Below are positions 57,622-64,000 of a stretch of 64,000 bases of DNA, piece after piece. Both the position numbers and the translations under genes were made by a program. Positions within the stretch are counted from its first letter, which is position 1; every line of letters starts with the position of its first letter. This DNA is from an uncultured Gammaproteobacteria bacterium (GTDB lineage Bacteria; Patescibacteriota; Patescibacteriia; Magasanikbacterales; GWA2-37-8). The stretch covers positions 3,781 to 67,780 of the forward strand of contig CAZECR010000001.1 of NCBI GenBank assembly GCA_964510495.1, written 5' to 3'. Below the pieces are notes generated by a model. The model had not been told where the DNA came from. It did not search any database and saw only the letters and a program-made list of their open reading frames with translations.

Positions 57622-57687
57622 AAAAAGGCTCTACACAAGAAAAAGTCTTGACAATTATTGTCAAATTTACTAGTATATTACTGCCTT

Positions 57688-58044
57688 ATGCAGAAACAGC
57701 CGACACCCACAGACTCCTGGCGCGAGGCATTAAAATTCATCAATAAATGCCCGATTTGCTCGAATAGCTATACGCCCGAGCAGGCAACTTTGTTTGGAAA
57801 AAACGAAGCGGCCAGTTTGGTGCATTTAACCTGTACGAAGTGTCAAAGCTATTTTGTGGCAATGATTTTGGTGCTTGGTCAAGGTTTTAGTTCGGTTGGT
57901 ATGGTCACAGACCTCAGTCTCAAAGATGCTGAAAGGCTCTCGACCGTACAGCCTATTACGATGAATGAAGCGATTGCCGGTTTTCAGTTAATCCAAAATA
58001 CAGGAATGTTTAACTCATTAATCCTAAGTGGTACTATAGTATGA
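57688..58044 (+). CDS. Putative zinc-ribbon protein
   Basis: CPIC...HLTCTKC, GMVTDL; ATGA overlap with rplY. Confidence 0.75.
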   Translation: MQKQPTPTDSWREALKFINKCPICSNSYTPEQATLFGKNEAASLVHLTCTKCQSYFVAMILVLGQGFSSVGMVTDLSLKDAERLSTVQPITMNEAIAGFQLIQNTGMFNSLILSGTIV

Positions 58045-58742
58045 CATATTCACTCTCCGCTGTTACAAGAACAACGCGAGGAGATACAACGCGTGAACAG
58101 GGCCAAATTCCAGCAGTACTCTACGGTGCTGGCGCGGATCCTCAGTCGCTTGCAGTTGATTTCCCAAGCTTTGTAAAATTATATAAATCCGCTGGTGAAG
58201 CGAGTCTTATTGACTTAACAGTTGATGGCAAGGATGCTGGTAAAGCACTTGTTCAGGACGTTCAGCTCGACCCCGTTAAAGATCGCGTGATCCACGTTGA
58301 TTTGCGTCGTATTGATATGACCAAACCAATGACGGCTACCGTTGAACTTAAGTTCGTTGGTGAAGCGCCAGTTGTTAAAGCTCAGGGTGGTACCGTTGTT
58401 ACCAACGTTAACACCGTTGAAGTTCGTTGTTTGCCAAAAGATTTGGTATCAACACTGGAAATTGATTTAGCAGGCCTCAATTCTTTTGATGATGCTATCA
58501 AGATTAAAGATATTAAACTTCCGGAAGGGCTTCAGATTACTTCTCCAAGTGAAAACGATTTGGTTGTTAAAGCGACTCCAGCCATTACTGAAGATGAAGT
58601 TAAGAAAATGGAAGAAGCTGGAACGAGTGCAGTTGATCTTAGTAAGATCGAGTCTGCTAAGAAGAAGAAAGAAGATGAAGAAGGTGCTGAAGGCGCTGCA
58701 ACAGCCGCCGACGACAAGAAAGCTGCTCCAGAAAAGAAATAA
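58041..58742 (+). CDS. rplY: 50S ribosomal protein L25 (CTC type)
   Basis: GQIPAVLYG, QLDPV...HVDL, long C-terminal domain. Confidence 0.95.
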   Translation: MTYSLSAVTRTTRGDTTREQGQIPAVLYGAGADPQSLAVDFPSFVKLYKSAGEASLIDLTVDGKDAGKALVQDVQLDPVKDRVIHVDLRRIDMTKPMTATVELKFVGEAPVVKAQGGTVVTNVNTVEVRCLPKDLVSTLEIDLAGLNSFDDAIKIKDIKLPEGLQITSPSENDLVVKATPAITEDEVKKMEEAGTSAVDLSKIESAKKKKEDEEGAEGAATAADDKKAAPEKK

Positions 58743-58812
58743 CATACTTCCAAAAATAGAGCGCTATCAGCGCTCTATTTTTTTGTTCGGCCAGTATGGT
58801 ATACTCCTGTGT

Positions 58813-59868
58813 ATGATTACTTCACTTGGTCAGCAATCTAAATATGTGTATGCGGTTGTAGCCGCTATTCTTGTCGTTGCTGCCGTAATCGCAGGGTATT
58901 TTTGGTATCAAGGAAATATACCGCCAGAAATAGATACAGTACCTCCACCAGCAATTTCACCCTGGCACAGTGCGCTAACCGGGCTTCCGGTTGCGAGTGC
59001 CACTGACGAGTATCCGCAGGTCGTGGGGGTGATGTTCGATAATCATGTTGATGCGCGGCCGCAGTCCGGGCTCGACAAGGCAGACATTGTTTATGAAGCA
59101 CCAGTCGAGGGTGGGATCACGAGATTTTTTGGAATTTTTTCAGCCAGCACAACGGTCCTAAAAATTGGTCCGGTTAGAAGCGCTCGGCCATATTTTTTGG
59201 ATTGGCTTCAAGAATATGGTGACGCAATGTATTTGCATTCCGGTGGTTCGCCGGAAGCACTCCAGCTTATCCAAACACGAAATCTGTTCGATGCGAATGA
59301 ATTTTATCGTGGCCCTTATTATTGGCGTGACAACAGTCGTTTTGCTCCGCACAACCTCTATTCAAATAGCGATAACTGGCAAAAGATGGTAGCAAAATAT
59401 GGTGCTACGCGTACCGCGTTGCCCTGGCAGGGCTGGAAATTTGCTAACGAAAGTGCGGTTACGAGTACACCTGGTGCGCACGCCAGTGTTACGGTAAAGT
59501 ATGCAAGTAACTATATTGTTTCTTGGCAGTTTACTTCGTCTACTGGCTGGTATGTTCGCCTTTTAAATACGAAGCCGTATAGTACCGAGGAAGGTGTGCC
59601 GATTGTTGCGGACTCCGTAGTATTCGCGAGCATGAGCGTGGCTACGATTGATAATGAAGGACGGCGTGAAATTCAAACTGTGGGTTCAGGAGACGCCACG
59701 ATATTAACGGGTGGAAATTTACTCAAGGGTACGTGGAAGAAAAATGGTCTTACCGATCGAACACGGTGGTATGATTCAGTGGGTAATGAAATTATTTTGA
59801 TGCCTGGCAAAACATGGGTGCAAATTGTTCCAGCAGAAATCGGACTTACGATCGAGTCGGAAGGTTAA
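58813..59868 (+). CDS. DUF3048-domain membrane-anchored protein
   Basis: DNHVDARPQSGL..ADIVYE..VEGGITRF, GPVRSARPY, APHNLY. Confidence 0.9.
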   Translation: MITSLGQQSKYVYAVVAAILVVAAVIAGYFWYQGNIPPEIDTVPPPAISPWHSALTGLPVASATDEYPQVVGVMFDNHVDARPQSGLDKADIVYEAPVEGGITRFFGIFSASTTVLKIGPVRSARPYFLDWLQEYGDAMYLHSGGSPEALQLIQTRNLFDANEFYRGPYYWRDNSRFAPHNLYSNSDNWQKMVAKYGATRTALPWQGWKFANESAVTSTPGAHASVTVKYASNYIVSWQFTSSTGWYVRLLNTKPYSTEEGVPIVADSVVFASMSVATIDNEGRREIQTVGSGDATILTGGNLLKGTWKKNGLTDRTRWYDSVGNEIILMPGKTWVQIVPAEIGLTIESEG

Positions 59869-60715
59869 TTGCGATCAGGCGCTCGTGCCCGGATAAATCT
59901 TTATGAACCTGAGTACTTGCCGTGGGCAAGTATTTTTTTATGAGTACCAGTATCGAGTTGGTTTGGCTTGGGTCAATTTCAAAATACAAACATACTTCGT
60001 TTGCATGCTGCGGTAAAAATTGCTCAGTAAGTTGTTCAAGCAGTTCGCGGTAGAGGGCCAAACCATGTTCTTCAGCTACCAGCGCATGATACGGTTCGCG
60101 TTGGATACTCGTTTCGGCTCTAAATTGAGCAGCGGTAAGATAGGGGAGATTCGCCGTAATCATAATCACGCCATCAGTGATTTGATTTCCGTGTATTCCG
60201 AAAAGAGGGGCTAAAAGATTCCCATGTAAAAAATGTATAACAGCATTATGAAATTCAGCATTCTTCTTCGCTACTTTGAGGGATCCTAATGAGATGTCAG
60301 TGGCAATAGTTTTTATTTTTTCGTCAGGAAATTTTTTAAGAATGCTGATCGGGATACAGCCCGTGCCTGTACCTACATCAATAAGTAAAATATTTTTTGA
60401 TGTTTTTTTAATTTTTTCAATCACTGCTTCAACCAAAATTTCAGTATCGGGGCGAGGAACAAGTGTGTTTTTAGTAACCAAGAAATCTAAGCCAAAAAAT
60501 TCTTTAGTTCCTCGCAGCGTGGCAATAGAGTAACCATGGTTATATTTAGTTCGGAAATAAAAAAACCGGAGTGTTTCGGTAAGTGACAAACAATACTCCG
60601 GGTGGGCAAAAATATATTCTCTGGATTTCTTAATAGCTAGCCCGAGGAGCGCCTCAAAAGCAGGATAAGGCAGAAGCGCATAGTATTTTTTTTCGAGCGC
60701 TTTAATACTAGCCAT
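59846..60715 (-). CDS. prmC: Release factor glutamine methyltransferase
   Basis: LVPRPDTE, DVGTGTGCI, ANLPY; directly downstream of prfA. Confidence 0.93.
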   Translation of the reverse strand: MASIKALEKKYYALLPYPAFEALLGLAIKKSREYIFAHPEYCLSLTETLRFFYFRTKYNHGYSIATLRGTKEFFGLDFLVTKNTLVPRPDTEILVEAVIEKIKKTSKNILLIDVGTGTGCIPISILKKFPDEKIKTIATDISLGSLKVAKKNAEFHNAVIHFLHGNLLAPLFGIHGNQITDGVIMITANLPYLTAAQFRAETSIQREPYHALVAEEHGLALYRELLEQLTEQFLPQHANEVCLYFEIDPSQTNSILVLIKKYLPTASTQVHKDLSGHERLIAINLPTRS

Positions 60716-60716
60716 A

Positions 60717-61772
60717 TTATTCATCAAGAGCTTGATCTGCCTCTTTAACGGCAGCAATAATGGGGTCTAAATGACCTTCAAGGATGGTATTAATATTATT
60801 CCAGTTTTGATGAATACGGTGGTCGCTGATGCGGTCCTGAGGGAAGTTGTACGTACGGATTTTTTCACTGCGGTCACCCGTCCCAATTTGACTGCGGCGT
60901 TTTTCGGAAAGTTCGGCTTCTTTTTTCTCTCGTTCGAGCTCAAACAGGCGGGAGCGTAGCACAGCCATGGCTTTTTCTCGGTTAGCTGTTTGGGAGCGTT
61001 CGTCCTGACACTGCACCATGGTGCCGGTCGGAATGTGGACAATGCGAACAGCTGAGTAGGTCGTGTTCACGCTCTGTCCCCCAGCACCGCCCGAACAAAA
61101 GGTGTCGATACGCAAATCCTTTGCTTCGATTTTCATTTCGGTTTCTTCGATTTCAGGCAATACTGCTACGGTCACCGTAGAGGTGTGAATACGTCCGGAT
61201 TTTTCGGTATCGGGTACGCGCTGAACACGGTGCACACCCATTTCGTATTTAAGATCGGCATAGACATTGTGGCCGCTTACCGAGAAAATAACTTCTTTGT
61301 AACCACCAATACCAATTTTATTGCTATCAAGTAAAGTTGTTTTCCAGCCTTGATTTTCTGCGTAGCGTTGATACATGCGGCACAACTCAGCGGCAAATAG
61401 TGCTGATTCGTCGCCGCCGACGCCGGCTCTGATTTCGACAATAACATTTTTCTTATCAAGCGGGTCGCGAACGCGAGTCAATTCCACCAATTCATTTTCT
61501 AAAGTTTGTTTTTTAGTCTGGAGTTCAGAGAGTTCAATTTCAGCGAGTCCACGCATTTCGTTGTCAGTTTCGGCGTTAACCATGAGGTCGGTTTCCGTAA
61601 TTCCTTTTTCAACTGCTTCAAGCTCTTTAATCTTTTCAGCTACAATTTTGCCGTCGCTGTATTCCTGTGAAATAGTCTTTAATTTTTGGGTATTACCAAT
61701 AACAGCCGGGTCCTGGAGACTGGCTTCGAGTTCTCTAAAATGTTCGAGAAATAATTGGTACTTAGAAAGCAT
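60717..61772 (-). CDS. prfA: Peptide chain release factor 1
   Basis: [10 protein letters not shown] (PxT), [18 protein letters not shown]. Confidence 0.98.
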   Translation of the reverse strand: MLSKYQLFLEHFRELEASLQDPAVIGNTQKLKTISQEYSDGKIVAEKIKELEAVEKGITETDLMVNAETDNEMRGLAEIELSELQTKKQTLENELVELTRVRDPLDKKNVIVEIRAGVGGDESALFAAELCRMYQRYAENQGWKTTLLDSNKIGIGGYKEVIFSVSGHNVYADLKYEMGVHRVQRVPDTEKSGRIHTSTVTVAVLPEIEETEMKIEAKDLRIDTFCSGGAGGQSVNTTYSAVRIVHIPTGTMVQCQDERSQTANREKAMAVLRSRLFELEREKKEAELSEKRRSQIGTGDRSEKIRTYNFPQDRISDHRIHQNWNNINTILEGHLDPIIAAVKEADQALDE

Positions 61773-61871
61773 ACGAAGATCAAAAATATGGTTTAAGCCT
61801 GAAATGAGTCTTTTTAAAGAAAAAACAGACCAACCAAAGAAAGTATAGTCTGTTTTCGGAAATTATAAAAG

Positions 61872-62174
61872 CTACTTGGTGCTTGAGGCCTCTGCTTCAG
61901 CTTTGGCTTTTTTCTTGGCAGCAGTGGCAGCCTTTTTCACTTTCTTGCCTTTGCGGGTCGCAGCAGCAGCCGAGATTTTTTCAGCGCGTTCTTGGAATTT
62001 CTCAACACGGCGAGCCGTATCAACAAATTTCTGTTTACCGGTGTAGAAAGGGTGGCAGGCACTGCACAATTCCACGCGAATTTCTTTCATCGTACTACCA
62101 GTAACAAAGGTGTTTCCGCAAGCGCAGGTAACAACCGCGTCAATATGATATTCTGGGTGAATGTCCTTTTTCAT
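61872..62174 (-). CDS. rpmE: 50S ribosomal protein L31
   Basis: [25 protein letters not shown]. Confidence 0.98.
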   Translation of the reverse strand: MKKDIHPEYHIDAVVTCACGNTFVTGSTMKEIRVELCSACHPFYTGKQKFVDTARRVEKFQERAEKISAAAATRKGKKVKKAATAAKKKAKAEAEASSTK

Positions 62175-62350
62175 ACTCTTTGGTGCTTAAAATGCAGGTT
62201 AAATGTGCGCCTAGTATAGCATGGGGCCGAAAGATTGTCAATAAATGAGGCGTCTGCCCTCGTGTATTGCCAAAAGGCTCTCCTTTAGTGTATACTGAGG
62301 GTAATTAAACGCCTACAAAGGCTCCCGGAAGGGGGATAAAGCGGTGCGGT

Positions 62351-63106
62351 ATGGAAGGTCTGCAGCCAAAAAAAGCTTGGTACAGAAGATGGTGGGGGAT
62401 CGTACTCATTATTTTTTTGGTTTTATTTTTAATTGTTGTTGGTTTTATTGGAGCAACTATCTTTAGTTATTGGCAGCAAATTAAGAATGGCGGCGGCGCC
62501 CTGCTTGAAAGACAGGTCTACGCTGGCTTTACGACAGAAACTAGCAATACCTCTGCGTTTGGCTCAATCACTGCCCCGAGTCGTGCCGACCTCGAGCGGT
62601 CAGATAGTCCGTATCTGGGAAGTGCAAGCGCGCCCATTGTAATTGTAGAGTTTTTGGATTTTCGTTGTCCGAACTGTGACACCGCTGCACCCATCATGCG
62701 TCAAGTGCTACAAAAATATGGAAATAAGGTAAAGCTGATTGTGCGCCATTTTCCAGTTGAATCAACACACCCTGGGGCATCTCGCTATGCGGAGGTTGCA
62801 TGGTGCGCACAGCAGCAAGGTCGTTTTTGGCCAGTCTTGAATTATTTTTTTGATCATCAGGCAGAATTATCGCCCGCGCTCAGCGGAGACGAATTAGCCG
62901 GTATGGCTGCGGCCGCGCAGGTAGATGTTCCGACACTCGCCACTTGTTTAACCGGTTCTTCGGCAGCGCAAACAGCAGTTAATCGTGATTATGTTGACGG
63001 AGCAAAATTTGGTGTACGAGGAACCCCAACTTTTTTTATTAATGGTGAAAAAGTAGAAGGAGTCATCCCGGCAACCGTCTGGGATTCGTTTCTTAAACAG
63101 CAGTAA
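62351..63106 (+). CDS. DsbA-family thiol-disulfide oxidoreductase, membrane-anchored
   Basis: EFLDFRCPNC, RHFP, GVRGTPTFFING. Confidence 0.92.
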   Translation: MEGLQPKKAWYRRWWGIVLIIFLVLFLIVVGFIGATIFSYWQQIKNGGGALLERQVYAGFTTETSNTSAFGSITAPSRADLERSDSPYLGSASAPIVIVEFLDFRCPNCDTAAPIMRQVLQKYGNKVKLIVRHFPVESTHPGASRYAEVAWCAQQQGRFWPVLNYFFDHQAELSPALSGDELAGMAAAAQVDVPTLATCLTGSSAAQTAVNRDYVDGAKFGVRGTPTFFINGEKVEGVIPATVWDSFLKQQ

Positions 63107-63112
63107 AATAGT

Positions 63113-64000
63113 ATGTTTAAAAAAATATATCTTCTTATTACAGTCTGCTCATTGCTCCTTGGGCCAGCTGCCGTGGCTCAAACTGAGTCAACTATTCCAG
63201 AACTAAATTCCTTGTGCTGGCACAAAGCAGATTGTATTGATCAGCGTAAAGTTTTAGATCCGGGAGCGTCTCCCAAAGAGCTTGAAGAGGGCTGGATTTC
63301 ACCGGAAGGAGACTGTAAGGGCGAGGATTGGGGCAAATGTTTGCCGGCAGGTCAGACTGAAACCAGTATCTCATTTGGTGGCCGTAGGCAATTTCTGCAT
63401 ATGGGTGATTTTGTGGGGACAATGTATACCTATGCCATTGGTATAGCTGCCGTTGTTGCCGTGCTCATGATCATTGTTTCAGGCTTCCAGTGGGCGCTTT
63501 CAGGCGGAAATAGCGAAACAATTTCAACTGCAAAGTCTCATATTGTGGGGGCGGTTATCGGCCTTTTAATTGTCTATTTGTCCTATTTTATTTTAAACAC
63601 GCTTAATCCTACGTTAGTTAGTTTTCGTTTGCCGAGTGTCTGGATGATCAAGCCCCAAACGTATGTGCCGGCGTTTTGTGCACAATTACCGATTAGCACT
63701 AAGTTTTCATACGCTACTGATTTTAAAGACCAAGCGTCAGTCATTAAGCCAAACGACAAGACTGTCTACGACATGTCGCTCAAAGATACGAGCACTGCTA
63801 ACCTTGAAAAGTTTTATTGTGGCCACCGCTTTTTTGTCGAAGGTGGTGGTGATAAGACGTGCTTTGGCGATTACTGCCCGGCATCGAACGGTAAAAGTGC
63901 GTTTTGTATCTATGATGGCGCTACTCAAAAGTACGGTTGTCATGAAGGTACTATGTTTATTAATATTACCCATAATTCATTAGTAAAAGATTTGTTCCCT
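63113..64000 (+). CDS. VirB2/TrbC-like (T4SS-pilin family) Cys-rich membrane protein, runs off window end
   Basis: Signal peptide; AIGIAAVVAVLMIIVSGFQWALSGGNSETISTAKSHIVGAVIGLLIVYLSYFILNTLNP pilin core; absent from the ORF track because it has no stop in the window. Confidence 0.85.
   Translation, partial: MFKKIYLLITVCSLLLGPAAVAQTESTIPELNSLCWHKADCIDQRKVLDPGASPKELEEGWISPEGDCKGEDWGKCLPAGQTETSISFGGRRQFLHMGDFVGTMYTYAIGIAAVVAVLMIIVSGFQWALSGGNSETISTAKSHIVGAVIGLLIVYLSYFILNTLNPTLVSFRLPSVWMIKPQTYVPAFCAQLPISTKFSYATDFKDQASVIKPNDKTVYDMSLKDTSTANLEKFYCGHRFFVEGGGDKTCFGDYCPASNGKSAFCIYDGATQKYGCHEGTMFINITHNSLVKDLFP

Noticed and set aside
58486-58812. N-terminal extension of the 460-aa ORF
   Set aside because: Overlaps rplY in another frame; promoter and TM anchor indicate a start at 58813.
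62298-62350. SRP RNA (GGAA-tetraloop hairpin before the DsbA gene)
   Set aside because: Lacks the CAGG/AGCA internal loop of SRP domain IV and is too short; more likely a 5' UTR hairpin.

Overview
Chromosomal window from a small-genome bacterium, most likely Patescibacteria/CPR (inferred from housekeeping genes without Shine-Dalgarno (SD) sites, a FemABX protein, DUF4012/DUF3048-type proteins, a VirB2-like pilin and many orphans). The backbone is housekeeping: rnc (partial), nusB, rpmF, tRNA-Arg, gyrA, rpsA, ftsH, a PilB/GspE ATPase, a Thr T-box with hpt-thrS-miaA, MgtE/NRAMP metal transport, surface glycan genes, RNase P RNA, rodA, uvrB/uvrA/uvrC, rsmE, bcp, rplY, prmC/prfA/rpmE, DsbA and a pilin. 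About a dozen genes between these look like a separate class. They are visibly GC-rich, start after strong SD sites, usually have their own TTGAC-type promoter, and usually have a structured 3' UTR before a terminator. Two pairs share 3' RNA elements, one with a compensatory base-pair change. Most encode secreted, lipoprotein or membrane products, including two OPT transporters. This class is the best candidate for an undescribed system, for example genes adapted for expression in a GC-rich host, but that reading is inference. All calls were made by eye without database searches.
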